The position numbers were made by a program, and so were the translations under genes. 32,000 bases of DNA from the NCBI GenBank assembly GCA_054661495.1, contig BAAFSQ010000044.1, positions 23,386 to 55,385 on the forward strand. Reading direction: 5' to 3'. Shown piece after piece: positions 1-12,359 of this stretch (position 1 is its first letter; each line of letters begins with the position of its first letter). This DNA is from Zygophlyctis sp. KS116 (lineage: Eukaryota > Fungi > Chytridiomycota). Under the pieces are notes generated by a model. The model was given only the letters and a program-made list of their open reading frames with translations, had not been told where the DNA came from and searched no databases.

Positions 1-195
1 TTACAGGAATTAAATCTACTTTTACAGTATAAAAAAGATCAAATCTCTAAATTAAATCAAGAATTGGAAAATGTAAAAAAAGAATTTGAAAAGATTCAAG
101 ATAATAATAATGATGACTTAATGGGATTAATTGGGAAATTGCAGGCTGAAAAGGATGATTTAGATAAATATTTAGAGAAAATTAAAGACTCTTAA
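1..195 (+). CDS. 3' end of a coiled-coil protein (truncated by window edge)
   Basis: Frame 1 is open from base 1: LQELNLLLQYKKDQISKLNQELENVKKEFEKIQ...LEKIKDS*, TAA at 193-195; heptad-like E/K/L/Q composition. Confidence 0.6.
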   Translation, partial: LQELNLLLQYKKDQISKLNQELENVKKEFEKIQDNNNDDLMGLIGKLQAEKDDLDKYLEKIKDS

Positions 196-252
196 ATAAA
201 TCAACGTAAATGTAGGAAGTTGTTTGGTTAAGTTTCTCTAATAGATGGTAAT

Positions 253-1131
253 TCAATCAATAACAGAATCGCCTGGATCAATTGGTGATCTCTTTACTCT
301 AAGATTTTCATCATACATTTTCCCGATAAAAGATTGTGAATAATGATAAATAGTATAAGAAGATATCAGGATGAATGCAGACATTATAGAAAAAACATAA
401 ATACATCCAAAACTCTGATTACTGAAAAATTTAGAAAGTGCTGCCATTAGATAATGCAGACACAAAGTTGAAGAGACTATCATGATTTTAGATTTGGAAT
501 TTTGACGATGTCCATGAAAACAAAGGATTGTTAATATAGTGTAAACAAGACTTAATAGCATGATTGTGATTCCTAAATCTTTAAAAAAAGATGTATTACC
601 TGTAGTAAAATATAAATCTATCGGACACGTAGAAGATAATATTATTCCCGCTCCTGCAGATTCAGCCAACTGCGTGGAATAATAGAGTAATGCATAAGTA
701 AATCCGAGACCGACTCCATTTGCTAAAATTAATTTAAAAAGTATACCCAATGCATGATTAATTTGTTGTAAAAAGTCTGGTTCATCTAGTCCGATTTTGA
801 TTTCAGAAAGGCTTTAGAATTACATGGCGAATATTACCTGGTCGTTTTAAATGATAAATACCAACTTGCTTGCTGAATTACAGTGAATATTAAAAGAGAA
901 GAATAATATGATGCATCAATATCTAAATTTTGAAACGCATAATACGATATTATAGCTGAAAGTAGTGTGCAGACCAACCAAATGAAGCTACTGATAATTA
1001 TATTTCTTCGTAAAATACCTTGATAAGAACAAGAATACTAAAAAGGGATAATGTGAGATGTGGAATATAAAGATGGCCAGAATAGGCCCAAATGCGACTG
1101 TAGCACAACCAATAAAACTGATGGCTGTCAT
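253..1131 (-). CDS. APH1: Gamma-secretase subunit Aph-1-like multi-pass membrane protein
   Basis: Spliced (introns 991-1018, 812-837, 723-746, 573-599): MTAISFIGCATVAFGPILAIFIF...SSSFIWLVCTLLSAII...ANGVGLGFTYALLYYSTQLAESAGAG...LHYLMAALS. Resembles the Aph-1 hallmarks FxGCxxxAFGP, FxWLVxxL, GxxxG/GxG in TM4, LAxxxGxG and the TM6 His. Confidence 0.8.
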
Positions 1132-1188
1132 CGCTGATTAAACAACACGTTCGGCTTTTGACTTGTCACGCTCGACCGACTGATCAAA

Positions 1189-2156
1189 ATGTGGAAATTG
1201 ATGATTTCGCTGATTGCAAGCTTTTTGTCGGTTGACGCTTTTCAACAAAAGCTATCATTTGAATTATCTCGTGAAATCAGATCAGCTCTCGATCCAATCA
1301 TTATTGATCCATCCTTTGATCAACAGTCTGTAAAACCTCTAAAAATTATACAATTTTGCGGTAGAATTTTGGCTGAATGTATTCTGAATTCGCAATGTAG
1401 AAATACTCTACGTTGTATTAAAAAATGTCCAGTAGATCAAGTTGATTGCACAAATAATTGCTTTTTTCAATATTCTAATCCTATCTTTAATCATCTGGCA
1501 GAATGTATGATTAAAAATGAATGCTTGCCTCTAATCAGTTTCTCCAAGCACTCTTGCCCTTTTGGAGGTAATATTTCTTCCCGTAAGAACGGACTTATTG
1601 ATCAAATATTTCTAAATAAGGATAATATTGGGAGATATTATGTGGCTAGAGGTTGGAATAGAGGCTACGATTGTGTAAGTTTTATTAAATTCTAAAAATA
1701 AAGGCGGATTGTCAAAAATTAGAGTATGTTGGGGTAATAAGATCTCATGATGTATCTGATGATTACAAGAGATTGGATACATATTGGTCTTCACAAGATA
1801 ATAATGGAGTAGTTAAAACTGTTAATAATACGTTGGTTCAAGATGGTCCGAGTACAATGACAACTAAATACAAGCTTTTTGGAATGGATGTAGAAGAACA
1901 TTATTACTTATTAGATTGGACAAATGATGGATCATGGGTCATGTTTTACTATTGCGGATATGGATTTGGTTCAGAATATCAGGGGGGTTTATTGCTTACG
2001 AGAAATATAGATTTTGAAGAGATTCCATCAGATATAGAGATAGATTTTGATACATCAATACGAGATGCAAGACTCTCTGATTATCTAGGACCAATTTCAG
2101 AATGGTGTCAGCCTAATTTTACACAAGATTGTAAAGGATTTTGGATTAAAGACTAA
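1189..2156 (+). CDS. Secreted violaxanthin de-epoxidase-like protein (Cys-rich domain + lipocalin domain)
   Basis: A 29-nt intron 1675-1703 (GTAAGT...AAG) joins ORFs 1189 and 1773 in frame. Signal peptide MWKLMISLIASFLSVDA; VDE-type Cys-rich domain CGRILAECILNSQCRNTLRCIKKC...CTNNC...ECMIKNECLP; lipocalin motifs GRYYVARGWNRGYDCADCQ, EEHYYLL, MFYYCG, YQGGLLLTR. Confidence 0.8.
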
Positions 2157-2203
2157 TATTACTCAATATAATACCAGTTTATTACATTTTCAATTTGTTT
2201 GTT

Positions 2204-3372
2204 TTAAAAATACTTGTAATTCTTTGGACTATGAAAGATTGATTTAGATTTATCTTCAAATTCATCTTCGAATTTCTTGGAGAATCCAGCTCTAAATGGT
2301 CTTTTTTTAGGAGGTAATGGATCAAGATTTTCAGTTTCCATTTTATGAGAATCAAGATTTTCAGTTTCCATTTTATGAGAATCAAGTTCCTCCTTAAACT
2401 CTTTTTCAACATCCAATCCTTGAATACAATAGAACTTCCCGCTACTTCCATCTTTATATCCTTCAAGATATAACTCAAACGGTGGTTTTTTAGTCACATC
2501 CTTTAATGCCGTAAATGCATTTCCTTCTCCAGACTCTAAAGACACATTAAATCTCGCATACTGTTTTGTAAATACTGGAGTTTCATTAATCACAACATGA
2601 TACTGATCGACTGTACCATGATTATTAGTAATCCCAATTTTAGGATCAAGAAGTAGCGCAGAAATTCTAGGTACAAGAGATTTAACTACAGTCTTCATAG
2701 AAAATGACACAATAGGAGGAAGCAAGTGATGAAACATCTTGAGGAAAATATTTGCAAAAGGATGTTTATCCATTACAGCCTAATTTTTAAAAATTACAAA
2801 GGAATTACATCAATAGAAGTGAATTTAATATCAAAAGTCTTCAAAACTGGAGTAGCTTGTTTGGTATCACTTAAATAAGCAAGTCCTAATTGTGCAAAAG
2901 GATTAACACCAGTGATCGTGATATTTGCATTCCCATTCTTCAAAAATCTACTCATCAGATTTGCAATGCATTACCTAAGATTTGTACTAAAGTTTACAGC
3001 GCACTTTAAATCCATTGTAAACGTTAAACCCACCAAATCAGTATCGAAAAAAACTCCAGTAGTTTCCAATGTTTTGTAAATTCGGACTCCATGACATCTT
3101 GTATCATTGAATACAACCTTGATTGCTCCCAATGAACCGATTGGGATTTGAGAAGGAGGCAACGGCAATTCCACTTGCGTCAAAACTAATTCTATTATGC
3201 CAAATATCAATGGATTCATCTCCTGCACTAGACTGCTATTAATGACAGTTTCAACTCCATAGAGAATGTCATCCATCTCTTCAGTCTCTTTGGCCGCCTT
3301 GGACCAAAAACTCCATGCATCGGTGGAACTTATCAGGGCAAAATAGCTTAACAAGAGGAAAATCACTTTCAT
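2204..3372 (-). CDS. Secreted protein, possibly BPI/LBP (TULIP)-like lipid-binding domain, with charged repetitive C-terminal tail
   Basis: ATG 3372 (MKVIFLLLSYFALISSTDA, signal peptide). Introns 2948-2974 and about 2780-2808 join ORFs 2971..3402 and 2204..2773 via a middle exon (RFLKNGNANITITGVNPFAQLGLAY...FDIKFTSID). Alternating beta-strand pattern followed by a long amphipathic helix suggests a TULIP fold; the family call is weak. Confidence 0.55.
2321..2386. repeat. Perfect 30-bp coding tandem repeat (about 2.2 copies; LDSHKMETEN)
   Basis: atcaagattttcagtttccattttatgaga occurs twice, followed by atcaag. Confidence 0.95.
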
Positions 3373-3436
3373 TACACTCAATTTGCTTAAACGGAGAGTC
3401 ACACGCAGTCGGAAGCGAAAGCCTCGGCTCCGTAAA

Positions 3437-6392
3437 CTACTCCTTGGTGGTCTTTTGAGCAGCAGAAGCCCTCCAAGCAGTGATTTTCGCCTTGAGATCC
3501 ACGTTTGGAATCACATCTTCAATCTTTAGAGGTTGTCGATTAAACGGATCATGATTGTCAGAGAGTAGATGAGACTTGATTGTTGCCAAATCTACAGTTA
3601 CTTGACTCGAGGGTAAAATGACTGGCTCTTCCATTAAAGTAAATAAAAGTGGATCTAAATTTGGTTAAACAGATAATAAATACCTAAAAATTCTTCTGGT
3701 ACTTCACCCAATTCTTCTTCTTGAGAAACCTCGCTCTTAATCCTTTCTTCGACATGATCGACAAACTTGTACAAAACTTGGAGTTCAGCCTAGAAATTTA
3801 GAAAATATAATTTACATCCTTTTTCAGGGCATGTTTGAATAGTATTGATCCAGCTTTATAAAAAAGTTGTTTTGAATATGATCTTCCATCTCTAATAATT
3901 AAAATTATTCATCATACTTTGCAACAGCAGAAATGAATTCGACCCTTTGGCTTAAATTCATATAAATTTGAACAATATTATTCAAGAGTTCTTTTGGATT
4001 AAATCTATATTTTTCTGGCTCTCGAACCTTTAATTCTGAGCATCGCGGGCCACATAAAGCTACAAGATTAAAATTGAGCATGGCAGCTAAGCGATCAACA
4101 ACTTCTGGAGCCATAAATGGATCAATCATTTCAGAGCAACTAGTAAGATATTCGAACATATTGACAGTCTCTCTACCCAGAGACATGGTAGAGAGAGCCT
4201 GTTTTTCATACTGTGCAAGTGATTCAATTTTTTGGTTTCTTGCTTCCTGATCTTCTTGACTCGCATTCACAAGAGGTAATTCTAACTCGTTTTGAATTGT
4301 TTGAATTTCTTTTAATTTTGATAAACTTTCATCAAGTAAGTAAGTAGTATCATTCATCAAAAGAGCAGCAAAACGTACAAATTGCTCCTTGTTCTTACTC
4401 TCCCTTATAAACATTTTTCTGTGTTGACTATCTTCCCATACGCTTTTAAAAATTTGAGATATATGATATCTAATGCTAAACTTTTCATAAAATTGACTAT
4501 GCATTCCAGACTGTTCAACATCAATGTAGAATTTTGTTAAACAGTGAATCAAATTCTCTTGAGCAAAATCATGAGTCCGGAATATATCATTCAAGCTTCC
4601 AAATTTTCTTCCAGAAGTATCTTGGTATAATGCGTGTGTAAAATGATACAAAATTTCTACAAGCTTGCTCTTTAAGTACGGATTCCTTAAATATGAACTA
4701 TTGCACAGAAATACGAGAGCAAATGTTACGATTTCATTCCGAGAGATTGTCTCAAAATAATTTGTTTTGACCCTTAGTACATGGAGATAGAATTCACATA
4801 TATCATCAAAAATCCATTCAGGAACCATGCAAAATAATTTCGGTGGCTGAGGCTTGAGAGACATGAGAGATTTATTCTTGCAGCCTCCCCCAATAACGTC
4901 TGGTAAATCCATTCTATTAAAATCATTTATAGGTACTGTTTCAGAGGCAGCGCATCGAATCAACCACAGAATAGCTAAATTGTAAAACTTAAGAGTAAGA
5001 GTAACATTATGTTTATCAAGCAAAACACCATCAATCGCCAACTTTTCCCCAATCAGTTTGTCAAATTGATTTTGAAAGTTTTTAAATTGATTAGAGTACA
5101 TTGCCTGCATTGGTCCATTCCAAGCACCACTAAGTTCATCTTGTCTTAATTTTTCTACTTGTTCCTTCATTTTATCCAACTGTTTCCCTAAATTTCCAGA
5201 ATAACGTATTATACTCAGTATACCATAGTGATGATATGATAAAGTGAGAAAGAATATTTCAGATACAAAGTTGGCAGATTGATTTTCTGAATCTTTCAAC
5301 TCTTTATGAAAATCGTCTGCTTGTGTTTGATCTGCGTGAATTCTTGTATCCTGCTGTACATCCAGCCATTCTGTTAAAAAAAGACAAGAATCCCTTATTA
5401 AATGAAACTTTGTAAAGTAATGATCCAAAAGTGGATCACAAAGAGCTAAGCAAATTCTAGATATATTATACATGAAACCATTTGTAGCAACCTGTCTTAG
5501 ATCCATCTTCCATTACAATTCTATAAATTACCTGTAATTTTCCACGATCTTTATTAAGTTTTAAAACTGTAGAAAAGAATTCCAACATCCTTGCTTTTCC
5601 TTCACTCCCAGACTTTATAATAGTAAAAATTGTGGAACTTGCAATTTTCGAAACAAAATCAGCCAAATAAACTAAATTCTTTTGAGCAGACTCTACATCA
5701 CTAAAATTCCTATTTCCAATCATTACACCATTGACAGTCAAACATTCTCCATTTACACCATAAGAAGAAAACCAATTTGTAAGTAATTTGGGATCTCCAT
5801 CTGGAAAAACACTAGAATTACTTAAAAAAGGCCCAAAAAGTGATAAATCCTGTATAGTTTTAGCTGTAGCCTGACTAGGTATAAATTCTAAATCTTGAAC
5901 CAAAACTGTAACCACTTCTGAAAACTCCATTAATTTAGAAAAACAAGTCAAAAAAGCCTTCAAATCTGTGTCTGTAATCCATTTTTGCCGCATTCGACTA
6001 TTCAAATATTTGATCAAATCCAGTATTTGATTAGAGTAAGATTTAAAAAAATGCTGTAGAAAATCATCCTCTGGATTTTGATTTTCCAACAACTTATCAA
6101 TAATTAGTCTAAATCCAATTTTAGAAGAAAATCCAAACAAATCACTGGTCTCATTATCTAGCACAAGCCCAACATAATTCATTACAAGTTGTTTTTCCGA
6201 TGATGTCCGATAAACATGAAGCAAATAATTAAATGCGCAAACGTCGGTTTCAAAAGTCCCACATTTAAAATAAAGAATTCTTTCAATTAATGAGTCATCA
6301 AACTCTTTAATATTCTCGGCTTCGCATTCCCTAGCAAATTCCAGACTATAATATTGAGATTTGGGGTCAATAGAGATCAAGAAACTTTCCAT
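3437..6392 (-). CDS. UFD2: Ubiquitin conjugation factor E4 (Ufd2/UBE4B), U-box ligase
   Basis: Ufd2 core motifs (DGFM-like NGFMYN, NPYLKSKLVE, QFYEKFSIRY, NDTTYLLDESL, RLAAMLNFNL..LCGP, DGRSYS) and a U-box (EFLDPLLFTLMEEPVILPSS...HLLSDNHDPFNRQPL). Introns 5507-5531, 3892-3917, 3790-3815, 3655-3683. Confidence 0.95.
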
Positions 6393-6463
6393 TTTCGACC
6401 GTCGGTTGAACCTTGAACACAACCCTCCAGAAAACCAACTGATTAAAACTCAAAGAACTTTTA

Positions 6464-7150
6464 ATGGCAAGAAAGGGATGGAAAAGAAATGATTTAGATC
6501 CTATATTCAGTATAATATCAGACTGGAGAGAATCTAATATTGCTCCTGTAGATACAATGGGCTGTGATGCACTTGCTGATAAGAAGGATTTAAAAAAGTT
6601 TAGGTTTCAAACATTGATTGCATTGATTTTATCTTCTCAGACTAAAGATCAGACAGTGGCAGAGGCTGTTAGAAAGCTGCAAGAATATGATTTATCCGTC
6701 GATGGAGTTTTAAAAATGGATAAAAATACTCTGCATGAATGCATTTCAAAAGTCGGATTTCATAACAGAAAGTTGGAATATATACTAAAAACGAGTCAAA
6801 TTCTTAATGAAAAGTATGATGGAGATGTTCCTAAAGATGCTCAGGAATTAATGCGATTGCCGGGAGTTGGTCCGAAAATGGCATATTTAACGGTTCAAGT
6901 GGCATGGGGAGAAATACAGGGAATTGGAGTAGATACTCATGTTCATAGAATTTCAAATCGTATAGGATGGGTAAAAACTAAAACTCCAGAAGAATCAAGA
7001 TTAGAATTACAAGATTGGTTACCAAAGTCACATTGGGCAAAGATCAATCATTTATTAGTAGGATTTGGACAATTGCATTGTAAGCCGGTTAAACCAAGCT
7101 GTGGCGATTGTCCAGTACAGGAGTATTGTCAAAAGAATCTTAAAAAGTGA
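6464..7150 (+). CDS. NTH1: Endonuclease III-like DNA glycosylase/AP lyase (NTHL1/Nth1)
   Basis: APVDTMGC, LSSQTKD, HhH LPGVGPKMA, GVDTHVHRISNR, 4Fe-4S motif C-x6-C-x2-C-x5-C (CKPVKPSCGDCPVQEYC); intronless. Confidence 0.95.
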   Translation: MARKGWKRNDLDPIFSIISDWRESNIAPVDTMGCDALADKKDLKKFRFQTLIALILSSQTKDQTVAEAVRKLQEYDLSVDGVLKMDKNTLHECISKVGFHNRKLEYILKTSQILNEKYDGDVPKDAQELMRLPGVGPKMAYLTVQVAWGEIQGIGVDTHVHRISNRIGWVKTKTPEESRLELQDWLPKSHWAKINHLLVGFGQLHCKPVKPSCGDCPVQEYCQKNLKK

Positions 7151-7202
7151 CTTATTATTATAGATTCTTGAGTTTGTCAGTCATACCCTAACTGCCTAAG
7201 GA

Positions 7203-8390
7203 ATGACGCTAGATTGGAATAATCTAAAGTTTGAATACTTGCAAACAAGATCGTTTATAAAATATGTCTGGAATGGGAGTTGGGATAGTGGATCTTTGAT
7301 TAGCGATCCATTCATCAATTTACATATTGATGCCACTGCCTTGCATTATGGACAAACATGTTTTGAAGGATTAAAGGCATTCCATATGGCTGATGGTAAA
7401 ATTAGAATTTTTAGACCATTGCTTAATGCTAAACGGTTGCAATCGTCTTGTAATGCCGTATCTTTGGAGCCACCTCCATTTGATTTGTTTTTGGACGCTT
7501 TAAAAAGAGTTGTTATCGATAATTCTGATTTTGTGCCTCCATATGGATCAGGAGGATCTCTTTATATTAGACCATTTGTTATTGGTTCGGGAGTAAAAAT
7601 CGGATTGTCTCCTTCGCCTGAAACTACATTTATGATCTTTGTTAATCCTGTTGGAAATTACTATCCGGGAGGAATTGGATCTCCTGTAAAAGCACTAATT
7701 ATGCATGGGTTTGATCGTGCAGCACCAAGAGGGACAGGTAATGTGAAAGTTGGAGGTAAATCATTTTATTAATTTTAGGAAATTACGCTCCTTGTTTGGG
7801 ACCATCACTGGCTGCCAGGAAGAAAGGTTATACGATAACATTGTTTTTGGATGCAAAAACACAAGATGTAATTAATTATATGCTAAATTAAGAACGTTGA
7901 AGAGTTCTCTTCTTCTAATTTTGCTGCCTTGACTCATCCAGACTCTTTGGGTCAAAGATCTTATGTTACACCCAAATCAGCGTCTATTCTTCCGTCAGTC
8001 ACCAATAGATCCTTAATGGAAATAGCAAGGCGATTATTTGGATGGAAATCTGAAAGACGAGATATACCGTGGAAGTCTGTTATGGCTGGTGAATTTTCAG
8101 AAATTGTAGCTTGTGGTACTGCAGCGATTCTTACGCCGATTGGTGAAATTCATCGAGAAGTTCCAACTTGCAAAAAATCAAAGAATAAGCTATATAAAAC
8201 TGAAGAGGAAAAGATTTGGGATGATTCTGATTCTGAATATGAGATAGACGTGCAGAAAATTAAGATTTGTGATTCAATAGACGGATTTAAAAAACTATAT
8301 GATGCTTATAGAGCATTGCAGGTAGGGGATCTAGAAAATTGGCAAGAATTTAATTGGATGTGGCCCTCTGATGGATTTGAGAGAAATTAG
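7203..8390 (+). CDS. Branched-chain amino acid aminotransferase (class IV PLP)
   Basis: ALHYGQTCFEGLKAF, LYIRPF, PLP lysine KVGGNY (across intron 7756-7778), VEEFSSSNF (after intron 7868-7892), SILPSVT, CGTAA. Confidence 0.93.
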
Positions 8391-8476
8391 CAGCCAAGAC
8401 TCATTGTTCGTGTATTTGTTGATATTGAACAATGGGGTATCAAATATTGGATCAATCTTAGTATTTGATATTAGAA

Positions 8477-9039
8477 ATGGTTAATAAAAAAGAAAGAGTT
8501 ATTGATGTTGTGAAAGAAAATGCAGTTTGGTAAACGGACTATTTGATAATTCTTAGGATTAATGCAATCGCAAAAGAGAAGATTACTGCTGAATCATGGG
8601 AGAAAAATTGGGGATTTTATAAAGATGTATTTACCATTATTTAAATTCCAAGGATCAACCACTCAAAGAAGAGACAGCTCTACCACAGATCCATGATAAA
8701 TTCTTGGTGTCTCCGGTCCCGTCTAAATTGCCTTCCGGACTTACCGATGATCCGAACTCCCTGGTTTCTGCATATCTAACAACTTACAATGTTAAGCTGA
8801 TAAAAAAATATCATTATCCAACTGAAAAGTACATGGTGCCACCGACTACGCAGTCAGAGATTGGATGGACAAATGGAGCATGGTTAGAAAAATCACAGCT
8901 TGTGCCATTTGGTCAATGTAAGCTCACAGATCAACGCCCAACAACATATTGTATTGATCGATTTAAGTACTCTAGAGGAAAAGGATCTGTCTTCAAATGG
9001 TGGGGTGGAGGCCCTGATGCTTTAAAAAGAATTAGATAA
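8477..9039 (+). CDS. Ciliary microtubule inner protein, C20orf85/CIMIP1 (or related FAM183)-like
   Basis: Introns 8530-8556 and 8627-8652 give MVNKKERVIDVVKENAVWINAIAKEKITAESWEKNWGFYKD...PTEKYMVPPTTQSEIGW; the W..NWGF and PxTTQxxIGW motifs are typical of this family. Confidence 0.65.
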
Positions 9040-9058
9040 AATCAGATTAAAATCTTTT

Positions 9059-10712
<1,654 letters not shown>

Positions 10713-10873
10713 TAAGTCTCGGTCTGGATCAAACGCTCTCTGCCCTGAACTCTACAGCCTGTTGCACACGGGCCTGTAACACTGAACACTAGGCGTGGGC
10801 CACTTGACACTAGGAGCGCCATTACCAGGGGCCACCCTAACGCTTCCGGTGTGCTAAAATTAGATCCGTCGCA
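10713..10873. promoter_or_regulatory. Putative bidirectional promoter between ERG11 and ERG13
   Basis: 161-bp visibly GC-rich spacer between divergent ATGs; repeats ACACTAGG (10786-10793, 10807-10814), CTGAAC x2, GCCTGT x2; CGCTTCCG at 10841. Confidence 0.6.
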
Positions 10874-12337
10874 ATGTTGACCGATATATCATCTGAATCA
10901 CCAAGAGATGTTGGGATCTTGGCTATTGAAGTATATTTCCCAAAAAAGGTATATTATAAATTCCATTAATATTAATAGGTTGTAGATCAAAAATCCTTGG
11001 AAGAATTTGATAAAGTTTCCAGTGGAAAATATACTATTGGTCTCGGACAGGAGAGAATGGGTATTGTTGATGACCGAGAAGATATAAATTCATTATGCTT
11101 AACTGGTTTGTTTTTTACAATTTAATTTTAAAGTGGTTCAATCTCTCATGGAAAAATATTCTGTATCTTATTCAGATATTGGACGATTGGAAGTTGGGAC
11201 AGAAACTATTATTGATAAATCAAAATCTGTTAAATCGGTTTTAATGCAATTGTTTAAAGAGTCTGGAAATACTTCAGTTGAAGGTTTAGATACTACTAAT
11301 GCTTGTTATGGTGGGACAAATGCCCTGTTTAATTCTTTGAATTGGGTTGAATCATCTTCTTGGGATGGTCGTTTGGCTCTGGTTGTAGCGGCTGATATTG
11401 CTGTTTATAAACAAGGATCTGCAAGACCCACTGGTGGTGTCGGGGCAGTTGCAATGTTGATTGGTCCAAACGCTCCTCTGGTGTTTGATAAGGGATTGAG
11501 ATCAACACATATGGAACATGCTTGGGATTTCTATAAGCCCGATTTACATTCAGAGTATCCAGAAGTAGATGGGCCTCTCTCAAATGTTTGTTATTTAAAG
11601 GCTGTGGATATTTGTTATAATCGCTATCTAACTAATTTGGAAAAAAAGGTACACATATTTAATTTACAGTAAAGGGGAAAATGGAAAATCCAAGCTTAAA
11701 AAATTTAGACTATTTTGTATTTCATTGTCCGTACTCGAAGCTGGTTCAAAAGTCATTTGGTCGTTTAGGTTATAATGATTTTCTTCGAAATCCAAGTGAT
11801 TCTGCGTTTGTGGGAATGGAAAGTTTTGCAAATGTTTTAGAAGACGAGTCTTATGTAAATCGAGATTTGGAAAAGGCTTTTATGCGAATCACTGAAAAAG
11901 ATTACAAGGCTAAAGTTTTGACTTCATTAAATGTTTCAAAAAATGTGGGAAATATGTACTGTGCTTCTGTTTACGGAGGTCTGGTTTCTCTCTTGGGAAT
12001 CATGGATTCTGAAGCGCTCTTGGGGAAAAGAGTTGTATTGTTCTCTTATGGGTCAGGATTAGCTTCATCAATGTTTTCAATTACTGTCAAAGGTTCTGTG
12101 TCAGCTATCAAAAAAAAGCTCAATGTATCTCAAAGATTAGCTGATCGCTCTGTTATTGAACCTGCAGAGTACGATCAAATTATGCTTCTTCGTGAAAAAA
12201 CTCACAATATGAAGTCTTACAATCCATCTGGCTCAGTAAGTATGGAGAATATGTTTCCAGGAACTTATTATTTGGTTAATGTCGATGACAAGTTTAGAAG
12301 AACATATGCTAGGTTTTCAGGGGAAACTTGTAACTAA
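10874..12337 (+). CDS. ERG13: Hydroxymethylglutaryl-CoA synthase
   Basis: [44 protein letters not shown], catalytic NACYGGT, FHCPY, GNMYCAS, FSYGSG; three tiny introns. Confidence 0.97.
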
Positions 12338-12359
12338 AATGGCAATAAATCAGTTTTGT

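Noticed and set aside
2321-2386. 30-bp repeat as a CRISPR-like array
   Set aside because: Head-to-tail with no spacers, in frame within a eukaryotic CDS.
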